Below, piece by piece: positions 49,776 to 62,421 of a stretch of 64,000 nt of DNA. The notes below the pieces were generated by a model. The model saw nothing but the letters and a program-made list of their open reading frames with translations. It had not been told where the DNA came from and did not search any database. The stretch's first letter is position 1. Each line of letters opens with the position of its first letter. Made by a program: the position numbers and the translations under genes. The stretch is from Antechinus flavipes (taxonomy: Eukaryota). The stretch spans positions 137,144,001 to 137,208,000 of the forward strand of contig NC_067401.1 of the NCBI RefSeq assembly GCF_016432865.1, given 5' to 3'.

Positions 49776-52288
49776 TCAGGTGCTTTTTTTATGCCTAAAC
49801 CCACCCCATCAGAAAACTCGAACTTTTAATTCATAATGGGGCAGAATTCAGACCTGACCCTCCTGCACTAAAATCCACTTTCTGAAAACTCCAGTTAATT
49901 TCCTCCAAACTTCCCTCTATTACCAAAGGCACATAGGCATTTCTACAGACCACAAATGAGGCAAGGAAAGACTCCCATTTTATTCAGATAATCGGTGAAT
50001 CTTTCTCCCAGAGACATCCTGGGAAGGTCTAATTTATCCCAGGCAAGGGATTTATTTTGCGCAAACCCCTCTTTTTATGGGGAGTCCATCAACACTTGGA
50101 AATAAGGATTCTTTTCCAGATTCTTTCTCCTCTCTCTGGGATTCAGAGGCCTCGATTTTTCCTGCAGTCTGCAGTTTTAGGAGAAACCTAAAAGGTCAGA
50201 GAAAGGATCCTCAGAATTAGAGTTTCTAGGGAAGGAAGCTACAAGTTCACAATATGTATTTCTTTCTCCTTGAGGACAAGAATAGACAAAAGGAGTCCAA
50301 AGTTTCCTGGGCTTATTCCTCAGCCCTGCAGTTTGTTGAGAAGAGAGATGAAAGCTGAGTTCAGAAGGAAAGAATGACAGATGGAAGACTGGAGTTGGTT
50401 TGCATTGGGTTTATTATGATTATTTTCCAGTAGCTATTTCAGGGAAAGGTTTTGCCAGGCCTCTCACTCTCCCCAGATGCCAACTCTCCCAGTGGAGCAC
50501 TCCAAAGAAATCACTGTTGTGAGCTGAGCCTGGGGAAGATGGAGTGACAGGGAGAGCAGCCTAGAACAGTTAAGTATTCTTTTTGGAAGGTGAATGGACA
50601 AGATAGGGGAGATCTTACAAGTCTAGGCAGAGTTCCTCTCCTCAGTATACATACCCAGTTATCCTAAAGATTTAAGTCCCTTTGAGGGAGGTGTAGTTGG
50701 GGTTGGGTTAAGGGAGGTCTTTGGGCCAGGAATTTGCAAAGGATGTAGGGGGTAATAGAAGGGACCAAGAATCCCTAATTTAAAGTCAGATAAAAGCCAG
50801 CTGGAATGTTTATGAGCAGAAAAATTCAGGCTTTGATAAATCAACTGTAAAAACAGATGAATTATAAAGCAGGTAATGGAGAATCTGACCACCAATAATT
50901 ATCTAGGAATTGCAAGTTTGACCAAACAGGGAACAGTGATGTCAAAGTGGCCAAGGCCAGATCTTTAAGTTTCCCAATCTTGCCCCCAACATACTCTTAG
51001 GCTCGGCCCCAGGTAGCTCCTCAAAAACAAGATAATCAAGAACCCAAGCTCTCCCCAGTAAGGAAGTCAATGAAGTTTCCAACACTGACCTTTTCTGAGT
51101 AGTGTGGGGCTAGGGAGAGGATGATTGAGCAAGACCCTCCAAGAATTGAGCTTTCCAGGAATGAATGAGCTCCCCTCAGCCCCCTGGGGCTATCCTCCTT
51201 ACTTGGTCTGTTGTTGGAAATTTTCCTGGGGACCAGTTTTGTTCATTGACTTTAGCTTCTATAGCTGGCAGGTTTCTTTCTTTTAATGAAAGTGGCAAAC
51301 TTGTTGGCCATTTATTTCTTCGCTGTAATTGACAGTACCTCCCAGGCCGGAATGAATGAGACGGCAGAAATACACCTGAGACTTCAAGGATGATGGTTGA
51401 CTCTGGGAGGCTTCTAATTTCCCTTCTGCCCCAAATTCATGGAGGGTGGCCCCTCCTTATGTTTCTCATTTTCCCACTTCCTCTCAAACTGCCTGGTCCC
51501 CAAGTGGATCTAAGCCTCCTTTTCTTATTCCTCCTTGTCCTGGGCCTTCCTTAACTTCCTCTATCACGTTTTAGGGAACCTACCTCTAATTACCCTGACA
51601 CCCATCAAAATTAGAATAATGGGTGAGAATGGTTGGCTGGAAGGGGGGGGAGGCTTGTCTCTGAGCTTTCCATTCTCCTTTCCCCTCCCCTCCCCCTACC
51701 CTTTCAAGATAGGGGGTGAGCGACACACCCAGAAAGATGAAATCACCAACAGGGAAATGGGGTGGGTGGGAGACTGGGACTGCTGAGGGGAGGGGGAACC
51801 TAATGGCTATTATTTCTACAAACCCCAGTCTTTCTCACCCAGACAAACTGCCTCCCCCGAGCCAGTCCTGGCGCAGCTGATTAATATTTAAAGCTTAAAA
51901 GGCAGGAATGGGGGGGGGGGGGATAGAGGAAAGCGGTGAGCTAAGGGGCTCGGGAACCTTGGAGAGGAGAGCGGTCCGCTTGGAAGGGCAAAAGGCCCTA
52001 AACGGTGCGGGAGATATATACGAATTGGAAGTTCAGTCCAGGGTCGAGATTTGAGGGACTCTTAGGAAGGATCTATCCTGCAGCCGAAGAAAAGCAGCTC
52101 AGGCTCCAGTAGACAACAGGACAGGGAGGGCGGTGAATGGGGTGGTTGGAGGTGTAAGAAGACAACCTCTCTTTGGGGGAGGGTGAGAAAGGGAGAGGAA
52201 AAGGAGGGTGGGGGTCCAGGGATGGGATGGGAATTGGGGTAGTTTTTTTTTCCTTATTTCATTTTGATTCCTTGCATTGGAGGTTTAC

Positions 52289-52688
52289 CTGTGCTCCGCA
52301 TCCACGGGTAGATCCGGAAATTACTTTCCGCGGCCAAGTCGGACTCCCTCTGGTCCTTGCCGCCGCCTGCCTTGGCAGAATCGCCGGGACACATCACCGA
52401 GAGGTTTTGCTCAAAGGGCGCGCAGTGCATGTTGAAGGAACCCGTTTCCAGCCCGTAGCCGGCCGTGTAGACGCCAGCCGTGCTCTGCCCTGCCATCCCC
52501 CCCCCGTTGGGGTACAAGCCCGGCATGGAGGCTGCGAAGGAGGCGCCCGAGCCCGCTCCATAGCCCGGGCGCTGGGCGTTGGGTGCGAAAGCGCAAGAAG
52601 TTTGTTCGGGGAAGACTCCGGGAGGGAAAACCGNNNNNNNNNNNNNNNNNNNNNNNNNNNNNNNNNNNNNNNNNNNNNNNNNNNNNNN
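52289..52688 (-). CDS. HOXB7: HOXB7 exon 1; ATG inferred in gap 52634-52813
   Basis: Visible [24 protein letters not shown]...[19 protein letters not shown]; donor G|GTAAAC at 52289/52288. The start is inferred from the orthologue length. Confidence 0.95.
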
Positions 52689-52813
52689 NNNNNNNNNNNN
52701 NNNNNNNNNNNNNNNNNNNNNNNNNNNNNNNNNNNNNNNNNNNNNNNNNNNNNNNNNNNNNNNNNNNNNNNNNNNNNNNNNNNNNNNNNNNNNNNNNNNN
52801 NNNNNNNNNNNNN

Positions 52814-52930
52814 GTGACTCCCGCCCACGTGACGGGGCCTCCTCCAATGGCCGGCCAGCCTCCCCACGGCTCCCGGTAATGTGGAAAAAATTGTGGTGGC
52901 GTTGGGTTTATAAAATATGATCAATAATGA
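52814..52930 (-). promoter_or_regulatory. HOXB7 proximal promoter (E-box, CCAAT, AT-rich Cdx-like site)
   Basis: CACGTG at 52826-52831, CCAAT at 52844-52848, TTTATAAAA near 52907. Confidence 0.65.
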
Positions 52931-53085
52931 ATGGAGAGCCCTAGCCCTCTGCACCCGGGCCCGGCCGAAGGGGCCCCGGGAGGGGGCGCGCGGGGGCCGC
53001 CGCCCGGGTTCTGGGGACAAGGTGAGGGCTCTGGAGAGCCCCAGAAGATGGGGTGCGAGCCCAAGCTGGGCTGGGAGAGACCCAG

Positions 53086-53090
<5 letters not shown>

Positions 53091-53139
<49 letters not shown>
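53091..53139. repeat. (CA)n microsatellite about 270 bp upstream of the HOXB7 E-box
   Basis: Uninterrupted CA run. Confidence 0.97.
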
Positions 53140-53142
<3 letters not shown>

Positions 53143-54344
53143 GGCACCTTCATGCACACTCACGCACACACTCGAACGTCGGGCACGGGGAGCTATCCAT
53201 CCCTCCCTCCCCGACCACCAGTTAGGAACAGAAAGCAGAGGGAGACGAATGGACGCGAAAAGCAACTCTTAGATCTTTATTGATCCCGACGAAAATCTCT
53301 CTGTCTTTGGGGGAGTTGATACCGATTCTCCTCTCTCCGAAGCTTGGGAGGGGAAGGGGGGGGGGGCCAAGGGGAAGGCCATCCCGGAGCGTCCCCTTCC
53401 CCATTCTTCCATCTTCCCTCCAGACAAATGAATCCATTGATAACCAATATTTCATTCTTTTTTTTTTTTAATGCCATTCAACGCTATATTTATGTATTCC
53501 GGGCCACGGGCATTGGGCTGAGTTAAAGCACCAGTTCTCGGTTTTCATGTAGAAAATGTTAAGAAGAGAGAGAAGAAGAAAAAGAAAAAGAAAAGCGGGG
53601 TGGGGGGAAGTGAGGAGGGAAGTCCTGAACATACTGATCCCCTTGTTCCACAAGGCATGCAGAAAGGCTCTGTTCTCAGGAACATTAGAGCTGAAGGGAA
53701 GCGGCCAGCCAGCTGCTGCTCTGAGCATAGGGCACAGATCTCCGAGCCTTAGGAAAGTACCTGTTCCCTGAGAAGGAGAAGAAGTGGGGAAATATCTCCC
53801 TTGTTTGTCTCCCTCCCTCCACAACTGTCTTCCTCAACTCTCGGAAAATGGAAATATCTCTGTGTATCTGGGGCCTCCCTCTCTGCCACCTTCTTGGCCC
53901 TCTGGCTATACAGACACATAGACACAGAGGACAAATACTTAGACAAAGGGGGGGGGGGGAGACACCGCAGATACAATCCCCAATGTTCCACAGGCCATCC
54001 CAGTAGCCTCCTTCTCAGGGGGCAGGAGGGCAAACCCGGGGGCCTAAGAGGAAATAGGGAGAAGAATTCCCTTGGCTCACACCACACACCCTTTCCCAAA
54101 AGTCCCACAGCTTTCCAATCAAACAGAACGATTCCCTCACCCCAAATCCCCCTCAGGCCCCAAGGCTCCCACCACCTGCCTCCAGTCCCCCTTTCACCCT
54201 CCCCCACTTCCCCCGCCTCCTCTGTTCCTGGGACTGGGCGCCGCTGGCCAAGCCCCCTGCCTGGGTCCCCCTAGCTCTCTGAGGCATCCTGGAGTGAATG
54301 ATACAGAGCAGCCCCCGTCTTGTCACGGGTTCTCGCTTGTAAAC

Positions 54345-54350
54345 TTTATT
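54345..54350 (-). terminator. Probable HOXB8 poly(A) signal AATAAA
   Basis: TTTATT on plus about 0.87 kb past the stop, downstream of the miR-196 site. Confidence 0.55.
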
Positions 54351-54697
54351 GTAACTCTTCCGCCCTTTTCAGGCGCAGACAACAGAACAAAGTATAGAGG
54401 CACAACAAAATATATAATTAGCCCCCCCTCCCCCCCATAAAGCAATTCACGGATACAGGATACATTCTCTTCACAGTAAACCTAAGAACACTTTAACAAT
54501 TGTTCCACTGTGCGCATGCTAACTAAAGTAACCTCTTTTGAGAAACACTTAAGACGAAATTGTCAACCAAAGGGAGAAATAAAGAAAGCGAGCGAGAAGG
54601 AGGCGGGGAAGGGGGAAAGAGGAGGGGGAGAAGGAAGGATCGAGGCAATGAAGACGGGGAGAGATGGGGATAGAGAGACAGATAACTACAGCATAAA

Positions 54698-54719
54698 TAG
54701 GCAGTTTCATGTTGTTGGG
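54698..54719 (-). promoter_or_regulatory. Near-perfect miR-196 cleavage site in the HOXB8 3'UTR
   Basis: mRNA CCCAACAACAUGAAACUGCCUA pairs with all 22 nt of miR-196a, with a single G:U at miRNA position 5. Confidence 0.97.
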
Positions 54720-55223
54720 ATGACTTATCAGAAATAGATACCTCAGTCAATACAAAGAACCACGAAAAGAAAAAATCATAATTGCACAATGCCAATTTTT
54801 ACAGAAGGGACTCTAGCATTGAAAGCGGGGGGAGGCCTTTATGTTATTTTTTCTAATAATTTTTTTGGCCCCGTTTAGAGAAAAGGAAGAAACTCAAAGA
54901 GAACTCACAGTTATGGTATACAGAAGCTAGTACGATACACTACCACTAGAAACAACGGGCATAGGCGGAGAAAGCTGCCTCACTGCTAACCTGCTTATAA
55001 TAACTTGCTCTTTGCATATAGTTCGCTTGTATCAAAGGTCGATCAGGAAAGGTGATGCATACAGCCAGAGCGGGGTGACTAGGAACGGGATGGGGGTGGG
55101 GGACAGAATGGTGTAGTTGGGCTTGCTGGCTCCCTGGCGCCGCTACGGAAGGGAAAGGAAGGGAAGGGAAGGGGTGTCGCACGACCATTTCATCCACCGT
55201 CTCTCGCAGTCTGTCGGCAAAGC

Positions 55224-55531
55224 CTATTTTTTGTCTGCTTTCTGTCCTTCCCCCTCTTCCTCCGCCTCCTGGGCCCGTTCCATTTTCTGTTTTTCCAACT
55301 CTTCCTGCTCGCACTTGCTGCTGGGAAACTTATCTTTGTTGTTCTCCTTTTTCCACTTCATTCTCCGGTTCTGGAACCAGATTTTGACTTGTCTTTCTGT
55401 CAGTCCCAGGGCATGCGACACCTCGATCCGCCGCTTGCGAGTCAGATAGGGATTAAACAGAAACTCCTTCTCGAGCTCCAGTGTCTGGTAGCGACTGTAG
55501 GTTTGTCTGCCTCGCCTGCGTCCGGCGGCTG
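55224..55531 (-). CDS. HOXB8: HOXB8 exon 2 (homeodomain)
   Basis: Acceptor CAG| at 55532-55534; [83 protein letters not shown]...ADKK, then TAG. Confidence 0.98.
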
Positions 55532-56325
55532 CTGGGAGTGGGGAAAGAGCGGAGAGAAAGGGGAGGGGAGGTGGAAATGGAGGATGGGAGGGGGGAGAGA
55601 GGAAGAGAAGGTTGAAAGATACGTGAAACAGGCTAGGAGAAGGGTACAATAAAGACAATCTTACACTCGACAAGGAGTGGGGGGAGATGGGCAGGGGGAA
55701 AGGGGTGGAGGCAACGGTCAGCAGAGGGGAGTAGGAGATTCATCTGGGGTGAGGGGGGGTCAGATACAACGGAGTCAAAAGAAGTGGGAGAAAAAAGGGG
55801 GACATCTCTCCACACACACTGCCCAGAGCCCTCTTTGGGCAGGACTATGGGGGTTCTAATCATTTAAATGCGTCATAAACCTTGGGAAAAAGGAGGTGGA
55901 GAGGAGAAAATAAAAAAAAGAGGGGGGTAATAGACCCACCTTGAAAAGCCCCCAGAGCCTCTACCCTGAGAAGAAAAGTTTCTTCAGGGCAATTAAACTA
56001 TAAAGCAATTTACAAGTGCAAAAGTTGAGAGTCCTCCACACACACACCCCCAAGCCCCACTCCCATCACCCTGTCTCCATTAGCCCTATAAAACAGTTTA
56101 CAAAAATAGATGGAAGAAGAAAAGCAGTAGAAAGGTTGGGGGGTTTATGGATTCAGGAAATGTCTTTTAACTCTTTAGTAAAAACACACGCATGCACTCA
56201 CAAAATCTCCCCTTCCCCGGCTTGGTACCCCTTGACTGGCTGTTTTTCCCAGCTCTTTACCGTGTGCCGGCCCGACCTTCTTGCCTCCCCACCCGCCTCA
56301 CTCTTTGCTTCTTCCGCAGCCTCAC

Positions 56326-56749
56326 CTTGCGGTCGCATCCAAGGAAAGAGCTGCGTAGGAGAAGGACTCTGCTCCGAGCCCTCCGCTTCCTCCCCCAGGC
56401 CGTTGGCGGCGGCGAGCTTGCAGTCGGCATACTGCACCAGGTCCGAGTCCTGGGCCCCGAAGAGCGTCTGTCTCTGCAGCGGGTCGTAACCGTAGAAGTT
56501 GCTCGGATCCCCATGACAAGCCACCGCGCACGGGTTCTGCTGATACGGGGATGTGGAGAGAGAAGACGCCCCGTGATAGAATTCCTGAATTTGCGTCGGA
56601 TGCTGGAAGCTGCCTCCGGTACTGGGTCCATACACCACGGTGGGTCTTCCGCCCAGATCCTGGGCGAACCCGCAGTCATAATAGTTGGGGCGCAGGGACT
56701 CCCCAGTTTTGTATTTGGAGAACAGTGAGTTGACGAAATAGGAGCTCAT
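56326..56749 (-). CDS. HOXB8: HOXB8 exon 1
   Basis: [36 protein letters not shown]...[12 protein letters not shown]; donor G|GTGAG at 56326/56325. With exon 2 this gives 243 aa. Confidence 0.98.
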
Positions 56750-57859
56750 TTTATTGAATTTTTGGTGGCGGCGTCGGTGTTGGGGGTTATTGGGGAGGGG
56801 GTGGGGAGGGGGAAAGGGAGGGAGAGAAAGAAAAAAAAAAAAAAAACACGAATCACCGGCTCTAGTGCCCCTCACCAGGCAAGGAGAGGGAAAGGAAGAA
56901 AAGGGGAAAAAAAAAAAAAAAAAAGAAAAGGCGAAGAAGATCTCGAAGCCGCAACACTTTGTTGTGATTTCCAGGAATATAAAAGGACAGGATAATCGTC
57001 AAAAAAAAATCTAAGCTTGCATGGTAGCGAAGACTCACCCTCCCTCCCCCCCACCCCCCCACCCCCCAAACAAAAATATACCGCCACTTAAAGAGTTCCT
57101 CGCTTTACATTTCGGAGAAGGGACGGCAGTTCATAAACAGTTTTCGGTGATTTACTTCCCTGCAAATGAGTTCTTTCATATTTTGCACTGTCTTTTCATG
57201 ATCATTTGCATCCATTAGAGACCCCTCATCCTATTGGCTTCTCCGTACTCCTCCCGGACTGAGCGAGCGAGCGAGCGCGNNNNNNNNNNNNNNNNNNNNN
57301 NNNNNNNNNNNNNNNNNNNNNNNNNNNNNNNNNNNNNNNNNNNNNNNNNNNNNNNNNNNNNNNNNNNNNNNNNNNNNNNNNNNNNNNNNNNNNNNNNNNN
57401 NNNNNNNNNNNNNNNNNNNNNNNNNNNNNNNNNNNNNNNNNNNNNNNNNNNNNNNNNNNNNNNNNNNNNNNNNNNNNNNNNNNNNNNNNNNNNNNNNNNN
57501 NNNNNNNNAACTACCTACATTAATGAGATATATCTAGCCTCACAACAAATCAAATACCTTCGAGGACCACCCCCAAAGAATGATGTGGGGGAGTCGTGAA
57601 AAGGGAAAGGGGAAAAAAAACTGGGAGGCGTCAGGGCCCGCTGTTAATTTCGTGATTNNNNNNNNNNNNNNNNNNNNNNNNNNNNNNNNNNNNNNNNNNN
57701 NNNNNNNNNNNNNNNNNNNNNNNNNNNNNNNNNNNNNNNNNNNNNNNNNNNNNNNNNNNNNNNNNNNNNNNNNNNNNNNNNNNNNNNNNNNNNNNNNNNN
57801 NNNNNNNNNNNNNTTTTAAAACAAACGAGGTCGTCATATTTAAGGTTTTAATGATCAAT

Positions 57860-58130
57860 TTCCTTATTATTGATAAAGGTTTAACTATCATATGGAGGGA
57901 ATTGGCTTTGTAATAGGGCCCCCAAAAACGGCTGTAAACTCTTTAACAAACTATAAAACGCCATAAAGCCGAGGCTGTTGTTGTTGTTTATACCACAGCG
58001 CATAAAAGCTGTTAGCATTTTACGAGTTCCTTCCTCTACAGCTATAAAATCGTGGGTTCGATCGGCCCCCTCCGCCTTATTGCTAGATGTTGGGGGTGTC
58101 AATGGCGAAATTAAAATGATTATGGCTTTT
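57860..58130. promoter_or_regulatory. Cdx-binding-site cluster upstream of HOXB8
   Basis: TATAAAA 57952, CCATAAA 57961, TTTATA 57987, CATAAAA 58001 and TATAAAA 58043, about 1.1-1.3 kb upstream of the ATG, where a Cdx-responsive Hoxb8 enhancer is known in mouse. Confidence 0.65.
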
Positions 58131-61100
58131 CCGGCACGATCTGCAACTTTGGCAGGGGATTTGCCCCCTTCCCGTTGCAGGAGCCGGGGGGTCTTCCCTC
58201 CAGACCCAGGACTGCGCTTCCCCCCAATACCACGTATTCACCCCCCCCAGCTTTTCTCCCTTTTTCTTTCTTTCCTTCTTTCTTTTTAAAAATACAAAAT
58301 ACTCCAGAGAGGGCAAGCTATGGGAGGGGCTGGAGGAGGGTAGAGGAGGGAGGGAAGGTGGGGAAAAGAAGGAGAAACTTTACCGACGCTGGAGCACGGA
58401 GCAGAGTTCGCCCCACGACTGCAGACACCGCAGTTTTGCACAATTTCAGCACCGAGTTGGGGAAATAAGGAGGGGATGGGCTGGGGGAAAGGGAGGGGTG
58501 TGTGTGTGGGGGGGTACAGATTCCCCCGACCCAGTCAGCGTTTTTAGGGGACATATTTTTTTGTATTTGAGATGGCACAAGCGGACTGTCACCAGTCCCT
58601 AAAAAAACCAAGGGCCGGCACCCATATCTCCCGAACTGTTTTCGTCTCTCTCAATTGCACCCCACTTTTGGCTTTTCTTATAATGCGTATTACATTACCC
58701 AACCGAAATGGAGCCCTCCCCAATCAAAAGCAACATATCAAAGGCATGAAAGGACCAGCTATCTTTTGAGGTACTAGCTTCTTATCCAGCTTTGATGCCG
58801 AACTGGCTACCAGCTTATACCTCGATTACTCAATACTAGGGGCGGCTTTGAGCTCCGACTGTAAAGCGGAGGGGATGGTTTATTTAGGAGGGGGCCTGAA
58901 AATAGATCAACTAGGCCACTGCCACCTCCTGACCTAGAGTTAAGAAAGGTGTGTGTTTGGGAAACAGAGAGGAAGGAAGTTTGGACATTCTTCTAATCTT
59001 AGGTCTGCAGCCGGGTTCCACTTGGCCCAGAAAACCCGGCTCTGCGAAAGGTATTATAAGGAGGCCTGGGTGCAGTTCTAATGGCCAGGATCTATCGGTA
59101 TTCAATATGCCTTTTTTCTGCCTCCTCCCTGACTACCATGGGGTGCCCTGGCTCTGGACAGACGGCCCATTTCTTTCTTGAGATCGTTTGCCTTTGGGGG
59201 GGGTGTGTGTAAAATAAATGGATTTGTATTCAAGACATTAGCTTTTTCGTTTTTGTTTTAATTGAAATGAAATATCTTCTTGTACACTTCTCCAAACTTG
59301 GCTTAGGCCTGTATTTTTTCCAGAGTCTTTGGGACATTCTTCTTTTTCCCCACTTATCGCTTTGGTTTTAAATAAGAAGTGCTACTCTCATCTTTGAGCC
59401 TCCCCCCCATTTTCCGTCTCCCTATCCACAGCTAATCTCATTCTAAATGTCTATACCCCTGCTACTTAAGCTGCTGCAGAATTTCCAAGAGAAACTCAAT
59501 AGTGGATTCTGGAAAATAGGAGAAAGAGAAGAGAAAGGGGGAGAGAGGCAAAAAGGAGCAGAGAAAAGGAGAGGAGACAAAGAGGGCTCAGATAAAGAAG
59601 GGAGCCAGGGAAAACTCGGGGGCAAAGGCTGAGAGTGGAGCTGTTATAGGAAGTTAGCATTTTTTTCAAGTTCGGAAGCTTTTTATGGTTATGGCATGAG
59701 TGAACTCACCAGCAAGGCAGGAATTCACTATGAGCGGGGAAGGCTCCTCCTAAATCATCTCACTACTGTACCACAGATTCCCAAAGAAAAGAAAATGTTT
59801 CTATTATAAGAGAAAACAAGGAAGAATGAGAGAAGAGAATTCATAAACACCCAATGGAGACTAGATTTATTAGGGAGGTGTAAAGCTGAGGGAAAAACTG
59901 AATTTTCAGTCTGTGTCCTCACTCGGGCAGTGAGACACGGGAATTCCTGTGCTAATCAATGCTGTACGGTCAAAGCCTTCTCATTTCGCTCTCGGGGTAG
60001 GGTAGGATAGAACTGAAATTGGGGAAGGGCAACAGAATTGCCGGGCAAGTCTGATCGTGCGGAGTCAAGGAGGATAGTAACCCCAGAGGATATTTCCAAC
60101 CCAGATCTTTCCAGATCAAGAACTCTGACCTTAAAGTAGCAAAAAGCAATAGCTTCTTCTCCTCCATCCCTCCCAAGTATCCCAAATAGCTAGATAGCTC
60201 AGTATTTCTTCTTGATGAAATCGGACAGACTTAGACATTTAAGAAAAACAGAAACAAAAGGAAAGGGACATTTTCAAACACCTATGTTCCCATCATCAAA
60301 ATAGGAACTAGAGAAGTCTAGATTGCCCCTCAGTTTCAGGAAGAACAACCATTTGAAGCCCTCAGGAACCTTATTATATCTATATAGATAAGTGGGTAGG
60401 CAGGCAGGTAAGTAGGTGGCCCGACAGAGTACAAAAATAGGCAAACATTTCAAATCCATTGTATTCCAGAGACGCACTCCTCTAATTTCATTGTTGCAAG
60501 AGGAACAAAATTCCAGAGGGTATCCCACAAACACCTTTACTCTGATCCTCAAGAAAAGATCGTTACTCAGCCTTTTTCCTTTTCAACCTGTCTTTCCTAC
60601 AGCCAGCTTGGAGGCCCCACATCCGAATCCTAGAGGGCAAGCTTTATCCTGAAACTGCCTTCTCTCTAACACCTCTGGACCTTCCTCCTATCTCTACTGA
60701 TTTTCACTTGTTCTACTTCTTATAGAAGGACATTCACTTATATCCCTAAAAAATCCTATATTTCAGAACCGCTGTCTCACATTTATCTGAACACATTATT
60801 AGTGGTTTAATGTCCATTTTAAACACATTTGATCGACCCCTATCAAGCCTTCCTCTTGGAGAACGGGGATAGATTTCTCCTCTTAGTGGGATTGTAATTC
60901 CTTATTTTCTACGAAAGGTAGGAACAAATATTTATATTATATATACGTATGTATGTTACATATACACACAAAATTGGGAAAGATCACAATTAACCTGATA
61001 TTTTCATTATGTTCAAATGATTCATGACTTTCAGTAAATATACAATTTACTAGCTTCTGGGGGATTAAGGTGTTGGGTAAAGCCTCGGTGCCCTAGAGCC

Positions 61101-61338
61101 AGCGCTCCGGGGATTTTAGCATGGAGCAAGGGCTCCATCTAGCGGTCTGTCCTCGACAAGGTCCGACCTGGGGCAGCAGTCCAACCTGATTGCCGGGAGA
61201 AAGAAGGGAAAGGAAGGGGAGGAAAACAAACAAACAAACCAACCCACAATCTTTCGTTATCAGCAAAGGGAGGAGGAATGAGAAAGGAAGAGAAAGTGTT
61301 GAAATCAGGAAATGGTTCATGAGGTTTTGAGGATAAGC

Positions 61339-61341
<3 letters not shown>

Positions 61342-61391
<50 letters not shown>
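61342..61391. repeat. (GA)n microsatellite
   Basis: Uninterrupted GA run. Confidence 0.97.
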
Positions 61392-61396
<5 letters not shown>

Positions 61397-61676
61397 TAAA
61401 AGAAGACATAAGCTGTTTTCTCTTCATCCTCTCCCCCGCCCCTTCTGCCTGGAAGCATCCAGTGCTGCAACGTTTATGGACCATACGAGGATTGAGGGGT
61501 GGGGGGGTGGGGGTGGGCGGTGTGGAATGAACGCTTTTGAAAAGCCACACAATTGTTTCGGACCCTGAGACTAAACAATTGGGCTTTCTATAGGGAAAAA
61601 GGGACGGAGAGGACGAGAGGGGAGAGGGGCTGTAAATAGATCAGAGCCTGTCCCGATCCAGACGTCTCGCCTTAAC

Positions 61677-61677
<1 letters not shown>

Positions 61678-61710
<33 letters not shown>
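61678..61710. repeat. (GT)n microsatellite
   Basis: Uninterrupted GT run. Confidence 0.95.
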
Positions 61711-61713
<3 letters not shown>

Positions 61714-62402
61714 TATCCGTTTATGACTCCCAATTCTAGGAGCCTGCAATTGCTAAGGGATAGAGGGGTGGGAGGTGGAGTGGGGGGGTGGGGGGAGAGA
61801 ACAAAGAGATGAGTCCGGAATGCTATATCTAAAGCGTCTGTGACAACAGTCCCCTTCTCTCCTCCCCCCTTTCTTTTTTCCTTGTTGCCCCTTTTCCCTT
61901 CCCCCTCCTCTCACCCCACATCCTACGCCACCCTGAGTATGTGTGTGTGTGAAACTTCGAGGTATCCACAGATGTAGTCTTTGCCCCTACCCATCCCCAC
62001 CCCCACCCCCTGCCTCAGTCCCAGCGCTAATTTGGGAGAACCGGAAAGTTTCCGCTCACTGTTTGCTTTGCTGCTATTTAGTTTCTTAACCTTCAGAAAT
62101 TTCTACGCTATAAAGTTTTATAGCGGTCATATTCTTTTACTGCAGCGCACACTGCATTGAATTCGCTCTCGGGGTCTCTTTGCGTCCCTCTCACTCTCCC
62201 TGTATTTTCCTTCTCTTCAGTGACAAGTGACTTCCCAATCTCTTCTCTTCACAAGTCATCTCTCTCCCTTCTTTGTTTTCCCCTTCAAAGTAGCCACCTC
62301 CCATGCGTAGGACCCCGGCGCCACTGCAGAGAAGTCCCTTTTCTCTGGTTCCCTAGCTCTGTTTCCTGCTGATGTCCGCTCTCCTCACAGTGGAGAAGAG
62401 CT

Positions 62403-62421
62403 CAGCGCTATCTGCCGACCA
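62403..62421 (-). promoter_or_regulatory. CTCF-like motif in the HOXB8-HOXB9 spacer
   Basis: Minus strand TGGTCGGCAGATAGCGCTG, with 2-3 deviations from the CTCF core, in a local CpG patch. Confidence 0.5.

Noticed and set aside
54698-54800. Plus-strand miR-196-like 22-mer as a possible miRNA gene
   Set aside because: No complementary arm follows, so there is no hairpin; it is the reverse complement of the HOXB8 target site.
56750-56875. 42-aa in-frame upstream extension of HOXB8
   Set aside because: It starts at GTG and runs through a poly-T tract, with no upstream ATG.
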